Below are positions 36,522-47,400 of a DNA stretch of 64,000 nucleotides, piece by piece (positions within the stretch are counted from its first letter, which is position 1; the number at the start of each line of letters is the position of its first letter). The notes below the pieces were generated by a model. The model searched no databases. It had not been told where the DNA came from and saw only the letters and a program-made list of their open reading frames with translations. The stretch lies in IMG/VR virus record IMGVR_UViG_3300047322_000758. One strand, 5' to 3'. The position numbers were made by a program, and so were the translations under genes. Source of the DNA: an uncultured virus (IMG/VR IMGVR_UViG_3300047322_000758) (lineage: Duplodnaviria; Heunggongvirae; Uroviricota; Caudoviricetes).

Positions 36522-37712
36522 TCAAGAAGGCGTGTTCTGCTCAGGCTTGCCCCAGTTGTCGATGAGCCCGTAGACGATTGGCGCGATGCCGGTCAGGTAG
36601 ATGACCGTCGGCTGGAACAGCGGCTGCCACTGCGCGGGCACGTTGGCAGCGCGGAGGTCACCCATAAGAACCTGCAGGCCGGCGACCGCGGCGGCTGCGG
36701 CAACGCCTCGAGAGACACCCACAAGCCAGGGCGGTACGCCGTTCGTTCCCTTGAACAGGGAGCCAATGGTCACCTTTGCTGAAGCGGTGGTCTGCACCGG
36801 CACGGCTGCGACCGGAGGAGGTGGCGGTTGCGGCTGCGGCGTGCCGTCCGGTGGCCAGTCGGCTGTCGATGCGGTCGCGATCGCGTTCGCTGCCTCAACA
36901 AGACCCTGGGCCGCGGCGCCAAGGGCCATGAATCGCTGGACGGTCGCCTCGTTGAGACGCTGGAGCTCTTCCTCCGTGGCGTACTGGACGTCGCTCGGTG
37001 GCGGTTGTTGCGTCATAGCACCGTGTACCTTATCGCTATCGAATTTGCTCTTGTCCAGGAAGATGCCGCAGTCGGCGGTATTCCCCGTGTATTGATGGCC
37101 GATGATGCTCCCAGGCCTGCCATCGGCGGTCGGAACAGACAGGTCGGGCGGCGTTCCCCATCCCGCAATCCATTGCTGAACGTCGGCAGGTATTGGCGCT
37201 CCACCTGTAATGGCATCCCATGCTGCCTTGTTCGTGTACAGGCCGGGAACCCAGCCTGCATCCCTGGTCGCCTGCCAGGCGTCGTAGAACCATTGCGCGG
37301 ACTGCTCATTCGTGAGCCCTGAGAAGCTCTGGATGTCCTCCGCGTCCAGGTAGAGGATCGGCACGTCGATGTACGGGCCGAAGTTCTGGATGAAGGCTGT
37401 GACTTGCGACACCGGGTCGTAGAACCCATAGCACCACAGGTAACCGGACAGCAGCGTCTCCCGTGCGCCGAGCTGCACGAACTGCTCAATGGCGAGCGCA
37501 ATGAGGTCGGACGACTCCAGGCTGCCGCGCAGGATGAAGTAGTCGAACGACTGTACCAGACAGTCAATCTCCCCAGCGGTGAACGTCCTGGGATAGCCGT
37601 ATGAATGAAACGTCGGCTGGGCAAAATGCAGGTAGCCGTCAGGCCTTACGACCGGCACCGCAAACGGCCCAGCGAAATTGGAAAGATCACATGAGGCTAA
37701 GAGAACCGTCAT
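36522..37712 (-). CDS. GH25-like muramidase endolysin with hydrophobic C-terminal domain
   Basis: DLSNF, YLDAE, GLYT, WIAGW and HQYT motifs. Confidence 0.8.
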   Translation of the reverse strand: MTVLLASCDLSNFAGPFAVPVVRPDGYLHFAQPTFHSYGYPRTFTAGEIDCLVQSFDYFILRGSLESSDLIALAIEQFVQLGARETLLSGYLWCYGFYDPVSQVTAFIQNFGPYIDVPILYLDAEDIQSFSGLTNEQSAQWFYDAWQATRDAGWVPGLYTNKAAWDAITGGAPIPADVQQWIAGWGTPPDLSVPTADGRPGSIIGHQYTGNTADCGIFLDKSKFDSDKVHGAMTQQPPPSDVQYATEEELQRLNEATVQRFMALGAAAQGLVEAANAIATASTADWPPDGTPQPQPPPPPVAAVPVQTTASAKVTIGSLFKGTNGVPPWLVGVSRGVAAAAAVAGLQVLMGDLRAANVPAQWQPLFQPTVIYLTGIAPIVYGLIDNWGKPEQNTPS

Positions 37713-38245
37713 AGCGATGCGTCCTTCCAAATCTTTCCTTGGATGACTTGGCTGATGAGCGCTGAAGTCACTCCGTATTCGGTCGCTAAACCTCTGGTAT
37801 TCGGACCTGTAAATCTACCGAAGATATCACGTCCGGGTTTTGGAAGATCCTGAACACGGCGGCGAATCTCGCGGACCTTAGTCCAAGTGAGCTTTGCCCT
37901 ACCGTGGTCCTCGCCATGGTGAACCTTTGCTGGAAGATTGCCGCGCCCTTTACGCAGGCAGTCCCTGATATTTTCGGATCGTGTACCGGCGAATAGATGA
38001 GATGGCCGTACACAGTTACGTACATCGCAGCGATGGCAGACCTCGAAACCGTTAGGGATCATTCCAATGAAATACTCATAACTCCAGCGATGAACTCCTC
38101 GCCCTCTGAACGTCCCGTATCCGCTGCCGTTTAGTGCTCCATTCCAAAGCCAGCAACACTCTAGATCAGGGACATGTTGAACGGTTGGACCGTTGCGGTT
38201 CACGTTGGCCCAGAAACTCTTAGCGGCAGCGTCGAGCAGGTTCAC
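37709..38245 (-). CDS. HNH homing endonuclease
   Basis: CWLWNG...GYG...VHR...VCHRCDVRNCVRPSHL...EN. Confidence 0.9.
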   Translation of the reverse strand: MNLLDAAAKSFWANVNRNGPTVQHVPDLECCWLWNGALNGSGYGTFRGRGVHRWSYEYFIGMIPNGFEVCHRCDVRNCVRPSHLFAGTRSENIRDCLRKGRGNLPAKVHHGEDHGRAKLTWTKVREIRRRVQDLPKPGRDIFGRFTGPNTRGLATEYGVTSALISQVIQGKIWKDASL

Positions 38246-39546
38246 AGATTGGTCGGCGGCGGCGGCGGAGCCACGGAGAGCTCATCGGCAACCGGAGGGC
38301 TCACGACGTTTGGATAGTAGCGGTGAAGCTGCGCAAGTACGACCGGCGCTTCGGCCGTTCGGGCATCCTCCGTTGCCTGGTGCCCCCACTTGCCGACATT
38401 GAAGAGCCAGTCCCAGAAGGCGCTCGTGCTGTGCGTCGGCGGCGGCTGAGGCTGCTGCGACTGCACCTGGACCGAGAGTGACGCGCTGACACTGTGCCCA
38501 TCGGGCGTCTCCGCGCTACAGGTTACGACCGCGGAGCCCGCTTGGGGCCAGGTCACCTGGATGCCGGGACCATTGCCACCTCCGGTTGGAGTCCAGGAAT
38601 AGGTGGTTCCAGCGGTAGGTGGCTGGAGTGTCGCGACGTAGTTGACGGCAGTGCCAGCCACCGGACTCTGCGGACCCTGGATAGCGAGCGTGTACAACTG
38701 CTGCGGCGGCGGCTGAGGCTGCTGCTGCTGATACTTGATGACGTTCAGACTGTTGCCGATGCCGTTGAGCTGATAGCCCTGCACGGTCCAGGGACCGTAG
38801 GCACCAAAGACCCACGCCCACTCGTCGGCGTTCTCCATGCCGGTCTGTTCGTTGTACCAGCCGTTCCCAGGGATTGCATCGGTGCAGGCCTCGGCTACCT
38901 CATGTGCCAGCACGGCGCAGAACGCGGCGAAGGCATCGCCAGCATTGCAGCCCTGGCAGTCGGACGCCGGCTGGACGCTGTAATAGACCCGCGATCCCGC
39001 ATAGGTGAAAGAGTCGTGATAGCCGCAGTAGGCGCTACAGGAGGCGCTTCCGCCCTGCGTCGATGACACACCCTCCGGCAGCAGCAGCGCATAGAGCGTG
39101 TTGGCGTCCGGTGGCGGGACGGTATGTGCCGCGATGAGACCAGTGAGCGCCGACTGGAGCTGCGCGTCGGTGACGGTGCCCGTTGCGGTGGGGCCTTTGA
39201 ACGACCCGAGGAATCGGCCCTGGCCGGAGCCATACGGTCCCAGAGGCGCAAGATAGCCCGCGGTCATCAGGTCGCCGGCAAAGGCCTCTATCTTGGCGGT
39301 GTCGCTCCACCATGGACCCAGATAGACCAGGGCGAGCTTTGGGGTGGTAATGGTCGAGCCGCCGTGGTTGGTGAGCGGATATCCCAGTTTTGGCGTGGAC
39401 GGGTCGGCGCCCTCGTTGGCCATCCGGTCTCGTTCGACCTGAAGCAGATGCTCCTCGCGGGTCGGGACGTGCTGCCAGACCTCGGGATGATTTGAGATGA
39501 CCGCCTTCTGTCGAGCTGCATAGGCATCGAAGTTCGGGGAAACCAT
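38242..39546 (-). CDS. Phi-1/EXORDIUM-like protein with PKD/Ig-like C-terminal domain
   Basis: L.NHGG, YCGYH, AHEVAEACTD and GWY...ENAD. Confidence 0.6.
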   Translation of the reverse strand: MVSPNFDAYAARQKAVISNHPEVWQHVPTREEHLLQVERDRMANEGADPSTPKLGYPLTNHGGSTITTPKLALVYLGPWWSDTAKIEAFAGDLMTAGYLAPLGPYGSGQGRFLGSFKGPTATGTVTDAQLQSALTGLIAAHTVPPPDANTLYALLLPEGVSSTQGGSASCSAYCGYHDSFTYAGSRVYYSVQPASDCQGCNAGDAFAAFCAVLAHEVAEACTDAIPGNGWYNEQTGMENADEWAWVFGAYGPWTVQGYQLNGIGNSLNVIKYQQQQPQPPPQQLYTLAIQGPQSPVAGTAVNYVATLQPPTAGTTYSWTPTGGGNGPGIQVTWPQAGSAVVTCSAETPDGHSVSASLSVQVQSQQPQPPPTHSTSAFWDWLFNVGKWGHQATEDARTAEAPVVLAQLHRYYPNVVSPPVADELSVAPPPPPTNL

Positions 39547-39564
39547 ACAAACTCCTCTGAAATA

Positions 39565-39599
39565 AAGATGGCTGAGAACCAAAAGCTCTCAGCCATCTT
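39565..39599 (-). terminator. 13-bp perfect hairpin
   Basis: AAGATGGCTGAGA-N9-TCTCAGCCATCTT, intergenic. Confidence 0.55.
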
Positions 39600-39622
39600 C
39601 GCTCATTCCTCGCTGGTCTGCC

Positions 39623-39901
39623 TTACGGCGTCGGTGGCGATGCCGGAGGCGGGCCGAGGGTCGACTGTAGGAGCGCTATCCCAGCGTTTGCCTGGTCGAG
39701 TAGCGCTTTGTCGGTGATCTGTCCTGAGTCAATCGCGGCCTGTACCGCTGCGACTGCATCCATGAGTGGCTGAGAGCTTGGCAGCGCGGCAATGACGTTC
39801 GTCACGACGACGTCACTGACGGCACCAGGCTCCGCAGCCTGTGCAGCTGCGACGGCCGCGACGGCCGTATTCAGCGCGGCGATTTGGTCCTGAATGTTCA
39901 T
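39623..39901 (-). CDS. Ala-rich hypothetical protein
   Basis: GGAG RBS. Confidence 0.55.
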   Translation of the reverse strand: MNIQDQIAALNTAVAAVAAAQAAEPGAVSDVVVTNVIAALPSSQPLMDAVAAVQAAIDSGQITDKALLDQANAGIALLQSTLGPPPASPPTP

Positions 39902-40001
39902 GGCTTCTCCTGGTGTAAGAACCGTGTAGCCTGCCTGGCCAAGTAGCCACGCCAAGCCTCGAAAGACGATGGTCGTTAAGAACCCCGGCGCGGCCTCCAC
40001 G

Positions 40002-40595
40002 TTAGGGGCACTTCACCGTTGTGGACGGTACGCAGTCGTGGTCGTGATGATGGCTGGGCGGCAGGCCCTGGCCACAGGAGCCCGGTGCGGTGCAGGCCCA
40101 TGGGAATGCGTTGTTTCGACATCCAAAGGCGAGGCAGCCGAACCCTGCGTTGTAGTTCTGCCCACAACCGTTGTTATATCCGTAGGCGAAGCCGGCACCG
40201 TAGGGATTGCCGAGCCCGTAGCCGAACGGATTGACGCCTGCATACCCGTATGCGTTGTTGTTTGCGCACGGGTCTGCGACGACGACGACCGTCTGCGTCG
40301 GCGGTGTGGCATACGTTACCGGCTGGCTGTAGGTCACCGGAGCGCTGTACACGGGGGCAGCTACTGCTGCCACAGGAGTCGGACACACGGGAACCCAACT
40401 TACTGCGCCGGTTCCGGCGGCGCGGAACTCGACGTCACCGCTCACGAAACACCAGTATTCACCGCTACTGTTGCTGTAGAAGGTGAACGGTCCAGTCCCG
40501 CTGTAGGTCTGGGCGGAGGCCGGCGTCGATGCTCGAGCTCCGAGGAATCCGAATGCGAGGGCAGCGACCATGAGTGGAATCAGTATCTTCTTCAC
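40002..40595 (-). CDS. secreted Gly/Tyr/Cys-rich protein
   Basis: Signal peptide MKKILIPLMVAALAFG; AAGGAG RBS. Confidence 0.65.
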   Translation of the reverse strand: MKKILIPLMVAALAFGFLGARASTPASAQTYSGTGPFTFYSNSSGEYWCFVSGDVEFRAAGTGAVSWVPVCPTPVAAVAAPVYSAPVTYSQPVTYATPPTQTVVVVADPCANNNAYGYAGVNPFGYGLGNPYGAGFAYGYNNGCGQNYNAGFGCLAFGCRNNAFPWACTAPGSCGQGLPPSHHHDHDCVPSTTVKCP

Positions 40596-40690
40596 GATTT
40601 CTCCTTGAATCTCTCTAGCCGATAGACGTGCGCCATCTGGGCATTCACATCTTGCGCCTCCTTCCAACTAAGTCGGGTGAATGGTAGCGA

Positions 40691-40990
40691 TCAGGTCAGT
40701 CGTGAGGCAAGCACACGAAGTTGGTCAGCGAGCTTCGTCGCGTTGATGGCGGCGGCCATAATCCTCGAGCGGTCGGCCGAGGTGGCGTGCGCGGAGGCGA
40801 CCTGTGCAATGTGCTGGCCGAGCGCGACATTCAGGTCGGCCCATGCCTGCTCTGCAGCCAGCGAAAGGCGGTCTGGTTCCGACTCGGACTCGGGCTCGGG
40901 CTCGGGCGCAACTGGCGCTTCTGGTTCAGGCTCAACCATCGGTGGCTCGGCCTGGTCGTTTACAGGAGTCTCTTCGGCTTCGTTTACCAT
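40691..40990 (-). CDS. acidic Pro/Glu-rich protein
   Basis: AAGGAGG RBS. Confidence 0.6.
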   Translation of the reverse strand: MVNEAEETPVNDQAEPPMVEPEPEAPVAPEPEPESESEPDRLSLAAEQAWADLNVALGQHIAQVASAHATSADRSRIMAAAINATKLADQLRVLASRLT

Positions 40991-41006
40991 TTGCCCCTCC
41001 TTGAGC

Positions 41007-41023
41007 CGTCCCAACTTGGGACG
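41007..41023. repeat. dispersed 17-bp palindrome, copy 5
   Basis: CGTCCCAACTTGGGACG, intergenic, just upstream of an RBS. Confidence 0.85.
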
Positions 41024-41046
41024 AGCCGCTAGCAGTATAGAGCACC

Positions 41047-41301
41047 TTAATCTGCTGCTGGGGTCGGGCCCTGGGAGCCACCGTTTCTTGCGCTTACCAG
41101 AGCTCGGAGGAGATTCAGATTCTCGCGCTCAAGCGTGTCGCGTGCCGCCTCACAGTCTCGTAGTTGCTGTATCAGACTCTGAAGCCTTGCATCCGCCTTC
41201 AGCTGAGCCTGGTAGGCCGCACCGCCTTTATAGGCGAAGACTCCAAGGACGAATGTCGCAAGTCCGATGACGCTTGCCAGGGCCGGCGCCCACTGCACCA
41301 A
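41047..41301 (-). CDS. TM plus coiled-coil protein (lysis accessory/holin-like)
   Basis: N-terminal TM followed by a heptad pattern. Confidence 0.55.
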   Translation of the reverse strand: MVQWAPALASVIGLATFVLGVFAYKGGAAYQAQLKADARLQSLIQQLRDCEAARDTLERENLNLLRALVSARNGGSQGPTPAAD

Positions 41302-41778
41302 TCACGTTGCTCCATATTGAGTATTCGCATCGTGCGACAGGCGCCATTTTGTTCGCAATGCGAATATCGACGGCTCTAACACCGCAACTGTGTACAGGAT
41401 AGCGATCAGCAATGTTTGCATCTGGTCGAGGAAGATGAACTGCCAGCTCCGGACGACTCCATCGCCGAAATGCCCAACGACGACTGCCTGCATGACGGAT
41501 ATCGCTGAGAGTAAAAGAACGATTTGTTGCGGTATCAGACATGCGAGCCGCAGGAGTACATGGGACGACGGGATAATTGGCGTTCCACCGAGCGCTATGA
41601 GTCCAACGGAAATGAGGACAACCGCCTGCATTCTGTAGTTCGTGAGCAGTTGGGCAATGACCGTCGCAGCTGTGAAGTGAATGGACTCTCCGTAGGTGAG
41701 TAGGAGCAGTCCCCAAACCAGGTGATAGGTGGTCGCGTAGATGATCAGGAGTTGGTTGTATCTGATAAATCCTCTCAC
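41302..41778 (-). CDS. multi-pass membrane protein
   Basis: About four hydrophobic segments. Confidence 0.65.
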   Translation of the reverse strand: MRGFIRYNQLLIIYATTYHLVWGLLLLTYGESIHFTAATVIAQLLTNYRMQAVVLISVGLIALGGTPIIPSSHVLLRLACLIPQQIVLLLSAISVMQAVVVGHFGDGVVRSWQFIFLDQMQTLLIAILYTVAVLEPSIFALRTKWRLSHDANTQYGAT

Positions 41779-42176
41779 CCCTGTTCGACTCCAAGCCGCT
41801 GCGTGCTAGCCAGCAAACAGGCTAAAGCGATGGCGAACGATGCGACGGGAGACGGAGTTATGAGGCCGCGCAATCCTGCGGTCGAAATCTGGCTCTGCAG
41901 CAGACCCTGAAACACCCAGATCGTCGAGCCGAGAATAAGCATCTCCCATCGGAGCTTGGGAATGTCGATGATGCTGCAGGCAACTATCGCCATAACGACG
42001 AGAATGTCGCCGAGCGCCCAGAACCAGCCTGGAGCGATGACCAGCAGTCTGCGGTAGATGAGCCCTCGATCGAGGGTTGCGGTGCCAGGAACAAAGAGCA
42101 AGGCATTCGCGACCGCCCCACAAATGGTGATGATCTCCAGTGGGTAGGGCCGGCTGGGAGCAAAGCGAGAACGCAT
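41775..42176 (-). CDS. multi-pass membrane protein
   Basis: About four hydrophobic segments. Confidence 0.65.
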   Translation of the reverse strand: MRSRFAPSRPYPLEIITICGAVANALLFVPGTATLDRGLIYRRLLVIAPGWFWALGDILVVMAIVACSIIDIPKLRWEMLILGSTIWVFQGLLQSQISTAGLRGLITPSPVASFAIALACLLASTQRLGVEQG

Positions 42177-42181
42177 CCGAG

Positions 42182-42454
42182 CTACTGCTGCTCAGACTTT
42201 CGGATGGACAACTGAAAGACGGCGAGCTCCTCTCGGACTGCCATGCGAATCATGTGGACGAGCTCGTCGGCATCCAGATAGGCAGCGCGGTCGGCCCGGG
42301 CGATACCCTGGCCGTTCGGCCCGACGGCGACATCGGCAAGCTCGAAGGTTCCTGCGGAGTCGAGGGTGCGGACGAATGCCGTCAGGTTGACGTTCCCCCT
42401 TGGCTTGGCTCCGAGTAGTCGTGCGCGTGCGCCTAGATTGTCGTTGTCGGGCAT
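42182..42454 (-). CDS. hypothetical protein
   Basis: AAGGA RBS. Confidence 0.55.
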   Translation of the reverse strand: MPDNDNLGARARLLGAKPRGNVNLTAFVRTLDSAGTFELADVAVGPNGQGIARADRAAYLDADELVHMIRMAVREELAVFQLSIRKSEQQ

Positions 42455-42469
42455 GATGGCGTCCTTCCT

Positions 42470-43276
42470 TTAGGGAACGTCGTCGGAGTCCGGCGGCTGT
42501 TCGTCTGGATTCTTCTCATTGATGAAGTACCCCTGAATGAGCCATGGCCCCCATTTTTCCAGAATCCTATTGCAGAAGTCACCATTCTCCTCGCCGGTTG
42601 AATCGTCATACCAGCTGTCGGACCATCCGTTTGTACAGGTCTCGGCAACCTCATGAGCGAGCGAGCTGCAGACGATGTCGAATGCTGTCGCAGGTGCCTC
42701 CGCCGGCAAAGGCGCACATCCTGGACAACTCGTGTCGACCATCACCTGAAACAGCATGTCGTGGCTATCGTTGCTGTGGTAGGCACAAAACACCTCGCAA
42801 CTTCCGGGCTCTCCGTCAATGGTAGCTACGGTTCCCGGAGGCAGCATGAGCGCGTAAAGATTTGCCGCGCCATTGAGATACGAGGGTGCAGGAACCAAAT
42901 TCGCGTCGACAGCCGCGTTGACGTAGGCTATCGCATCATCTGAACTTAGGGTTGCGCCCATAGGCGTTGGTCCGTCAACAGACCCGCCGAAGCTGCTTGT
43001 GAACGAGTCGTTCGTGTATTGGGTCATTCGCTTGAAGTACGGCCCCTGCATGAGGTCGCGGGCGAAGCGCTCTAACTTTGAGCGGTCATAGTCGACGTCT
43101 CCGCCCCAAATGAGATAGAGCGTCGGGGCAGAGACGAGTCTTCCGCCGTGATAGACAAGGTTGCCAGGTATGCCCTCTAAGTCATCGGGCGTCTTAAAGG
43201 TGTTGGCCGCGACGATTTGCCAGCTGGTAAATGGCCCAACCTGGCGGAGAAACTCCTTGTCATACATCTCGCTCAC
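42470..43276 (-). CDS. Phi-1/EXORDIUM-like protein, paralogue of 38242-39546
   Basis: LVYHGG, FCAYH, AHEVAETCT and SWY...ENGD.C. Confidence 0.6.
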   Translation of the reverse strand: MSEMYDKEFLRQVGPFTSWQIVAANTFKTPDDLEGIPGNLVYHGGRLVSAPTLYLIWGGDVDYDRSKLERFARDLMQGPYFKRMTQYTNDSFTSSFGGSVDGPTPMGATLSSDDAIAYVNAAVDANLVPAPSYLNGAANLYALMLPPGTVATIDGEPGSCEVFCAYHSNDSHDMLFQVMVDTSCPGCAPLPAEAPATAFDIVCSSLAHEVAETCTNGWSDSWYDDSTGEENGDFCNRILEKWGPWLIQGYFINEKNPDEQPPDSDDVP

Positions 43277-44400
43277 CGCACATCACCAGGACTGCATATC
43301 CCATCTTCCCACGAGGAGCCGCTCCAAATCTTGACTCCAGAAGGCGATACCCAGCCATCCGGACCATAGACCATCGTCGGTTCACACACCCACTGCATTC
43401 CATTCCATACCCAGACTCCTCCTCCTGTGCTGTATGGGCCCATGACACAGTCTCCGCCTGGAGGAAAGGCGAAAGGCACCCAGAAAGTGCCCAGCGCTCC
43501 GTTGAACCACGTCCAGGGACCGAAGACGGGCTGCGGGCCCACTATCTGGACGCTGTGCTCGATCTGTCCAGTGACCGTGCTCGTCACGTTCATGTTTGCG
43601 TCCAGCCCGCCGGTCAGTTGTTTTCCTCCATCAATGGTCCTCGCGTCTGGCTTGTATTGAGATACACCAGGTCCGAGATCGACGGCCCACACGGTAACCC
43701 AGACAGAGTCAAAAATCGAGCCATCCATGCCTGTGTTGAAGCCACTGTTATGTAGCGTGATAGGGATGATCGTGGAATCGCCGGGTGGGGTCTGTACCCA
43801 CGCAGCGAAATAAACCTCGTTGAAGATGTATTGCAGCAACGGGTAAATCACCTGAGCCGGACCAGCTATCTCGAACATGACATGCAGCGCCTGGGGGTTG
43901 GGCAGCTCGGGAGTCGACTTGGGATACTCCCAGTACGGCGAATCGGCGTCGGCTTGGTATGCGTTCGTTGAGCCGCCAATGGTTATATAGAGGATGCTCC
44001 CAAACTCTGCTCCATTTGGCTGAATCCAACCGAAGAAATTCTTGTCTGGGGATGAGACGTGACAGACGCCAGTTGGAAACCCGGTTTCTGTGAGGAACAC
44101 GGAGTATTGGCAGAGTATGTATGGGACGCCGGGTTTCCGCACTGTTGCGTCGGGGTTAACACCTGGACCGCTATAGAGCGGATCTTGCGTGGGGTTTGGC
44201 AATCCAGCAACGACCGTGCCGTCGTTATTGAGCGGCACAAAGCCGACAAGCCCTTGGTTGAGATTGTTGTCGGTCATGTATGTCTCGTAAGAGAAGCCGG
44301 CTGGTGGCGGGTCAGTTAATGACGGCGAAAACGGCACTGGCGTGGATGGTTCTCGCGGAAACGCCTCACCACCAAGCCATCCGTACCACTCGTAAATCAT
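43273..44400 (-). CDS. probable minor tail protein
   Basis: Directly after the large tail gene; WNG..W and WSGSSW repeats at the C-terminus. Confidence 0.55.
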   Translation of the reverse strand: MIYEWYGWLGGEAFPREPSTPVPFSPSLTDPPPAGFSYETYMTDNNLNQGLVGFVPLNNDGTVVAGLPNPTQDPLYSGPGVNPDATVRKPGVPYILCQYSVFLTETGFPTGVCHVSSPDKNFFGWIQPNGAEFGSILYITIGGSTNAYQADADSPYWEYPKSTPELPNPQALHVMFEIAGPAQVIYPLLQYIFNEVYFAAWVQTPPGDSTIIPITLHNSGFNTGMDGSIFDSVWVTVWAVDLGPGVSQYKPDARTIDGGKQLTGGLDANMNVTSTVTGQIEHSVQIVGPQPVFGPWTWFNGALGTFWVPFAFPPGGDCVMGPYSTGGGVWVWNGMQWVCEPTMVYGPDGWVSPSGVKIWSGSSWEDGICSPGDVR

Positions 44401-44402
44401 AC

Positions 44403-47400
44403 TTATGAGTCCGATGGCACTGGCGACGGCGGTAGGTAGTCCGTCTCTGTCTGAATCCAGACGTCGTTGACATTGGGATTGTCGGGTTCCGCTGAGCGGA
44501 CGGACATGCGTTGAATCGTGCGTCCATCGCTGTCCTGAACACGGTCATAGTCTGGGTCCAGAGTCGGCAGCGCATCCGGATTCAGGTCCATGGTCGGGCT
44601 GTCAACTGCCCAGGTGTTCTGCGCGACGACACTCTGCGTCCGCTGCGCACCGATATCGACGCCAGCACTGACGAGATAGGCATCGGCGCAGTCAACAGCA
44701 TCGAGCAGCGCGGCGCCGGCCGCACCCGAGGCGTTGATGAGGATGCCGGCGTTGTGCGTCAGGGAGCTTATTTGCGCCAGTGCATCTCGCCCTGGGGCCA
44801 ATGCGTTGAGCGCGTCTGCTCTATGGTCGGTAACTACGCCAGTGTCAGTGTTGAACTTCTGAGGCTCGATACCTGCGATGGCCATGGCCCAGAGGCCAAA
44901 CCCGTCCTCGTAGGTTTTGAGCGATCGTGCGACTTCGCTCCAGAGCGGTGTAAGCGAACCGAAAGATGCGGTGGTGTCGCTCACGTTCTGGTTGATATCC
45001 GCCCGAAGGCCTTGAAGAGTGTTCAGTGTGTCGTTCGAATCCTTAACCTGTTTGGCGTTCTGGACGTTCAGAGCATTTGCGGCCGACGACATCCCGATGC
45101 CGACTTGGGAGAGGTCGCCAAACTTCTTTGCGCTGGTTCCAACTGTGTCTGCCGTGCTCTGAATTGTGGCACAAATCGCCCGGACATTAGACACGACGTC
45201 GATGAGGCCCTGTGAGTCGATGCCCCATGGGAACGTCACCGTGTCAACCGTCTCGGTCGCAGCGATGCGGGCATTTTCGGCCTTTTGTAGTTGCGATCCG
45301 ATGGAAGCCAGCTGCACCGATGCAGCCTGTGCCGTGCCAGAGGCGAGCTTCGCAAGCGATTGCGTTCGGGTGATGCAGTCCTGACCCAGGTCTCCCGGCT
45401 TCCGTTTGGCATTACCCGTGACTTTGTTGCTCCCGTCCACTGTCTCAGTCAGTGGGTTGCCGAATCCGCGATAGACGTCAACCTTGTCCTGGAACTGGAT
45501 GCGGTCATCCACGCAGACACAGCCATAGCCGTCGCTACAGCTCTCATGCTGCCCCTCTGGGCAGTTTCCTCCACCGCCTCCATCGGCGGTCGTTGGCTGC
45601 GGTGGATTGTCGGTTTTCTGCTGATCGCAAAGAGCCAAACTGGTCAGAGCCTGGTCAGATGCCTTCGCGACGCATTCCTTGACGTTGTTGCGCAGCTCTT
45701 CAGCCAGCTTGTCGGTCTTCGTGATGGCGTCCCACTGCTTGTTCAGCAGGACGTTGGCGTCGACCATGTCTTTGAGCAGATGGTAGACCACGAACATCGT
45801 CTGGCCGTCGATGATGGGAGTCCCACCACCACCTCCTGCTCCACTACCGCTTCCACCAGTCTCCGTTGTGTCGGTCGTGATGTCGCCGCAGTTGATGTGG
45901 CCGTGGGTTGTCTGATCTCCACTCTGCGTACCGAGCACTGGATTGTTGGCGGTTATCCTCGCGAAGTAGCAGGCACCGTCCGCGGTGCTCTTGACGGCTT
46001 TGTCCAGCCCGCTATCCACACCCATGTTCGTTGCGTCGGATGGCAGCGGGTCCGGAGGGCAGTCGCCGACCTTGAATTGCTGTACCGACCATTGCCAGTG
46101 GCCCTTCTCAATCTTGTCTGATGCATTCTTCGCAGTCTGGGCCTTGTCGGCAGCCCCCTTCAGCGAATCGCAACTTACCGCGCTTCCACTTCCGCCACTC
46201 GAGTCAGAAACAATGGTCGAGAGCATGAAGCCCCACATTCCGCCTTCGGCGCCGGCGATCTCGTTGGCGTTATCCAGATCCTGCTGCGCCTGCAACACAG
46301 CCACTTCCGCGGTCAGAATCGCCTGCTTGATCTTGAAAATCGTCGCATGCAGCCCATTGATGAACTGGCCCACAGGGAGGTTCACTCCCTGTCCTTCGGC
46401 TCCAGCCTTGACGCCTTCCATATAACCAAGCGCTGCTTCAGCCTGAGCCTGAATGCTTGTGCCGAAGTCCAGGAGCTTAAGATATTGGGCCTGTTTGTCC
46501 TCCAAGGCGTTGACGAGCTTCTGCCCCTTGCCGACGCAGGTCGGCGGCGGTATCCAGTCGGCCTCTATGGCCGCGTCATCGAGACATTGGGATGTGTCCT
46601 GCTTGCTATTTTGGTTTGCTGTTGGGCCAGGAGCTAGTTTGGGGTTCTTCGGAACGCCGAGGAGTCCCGCAAGCGCCTGCGCATTTGCTGCCGAGGCTAC
46701 CGTGAGCGCTTGGTTGCTGATGTTCTCCCATGGCACCTCATTGTCGAATTGATATGAGGTCTTCTCCGGCTCGAGCAGGTTGTAGTCAGCGCCGACGCAG
46801 CGCACGACGTCATGAATGTCGGCCTCATCGTCCTTGAAGGTTACCCAACGGCCGAGTGGAATACGGCCTTCTGGACTACCACCCTGCAGCATCGACGTGT
46901 CCAGAACGGCCCCGCTGTAGGTCACCTGCGGAGCCTGGCTCAAGAGATACAGCTCGCGCAGGTACGTCCGCTGGCTCTTCAAAGCGTTGGAGGTAAATTT
47001 GAACGTCGGGAGGCTTGCCGTTTGTGACGACCCAGACGAACCTGACGCAATCGTGCATGGGTCAAATTGTGAATTATCCGCATTGTTCTGCTGGGCCAGC
47101 TGGGACTGCAGCTCGGCCTGGTACTGCTCGCAGGCGTCCTCGGCCTGTAGCTCCAGAAGCGCCATGGCAGCGCTCTCGCCATGGATGACTCCATTGATGT
47201 CCTCCGTCACCAACACCTGTTGCTGCGGCTTGTCTTCTTCCGTGCGCTCGGCCGAGAGGAGGTTGGTCTTGTAGTCGGCAACGATGCTCGAGCCGGCGCC
47301 GACGCTGCATTCGAGGAAGGCGTAGTGGTTAAACTCATCCCAGCGCCATACTCCGCCGAACGTCGAACTTATCTGGAAGAGCTCTGTCAGGACCGATGCT

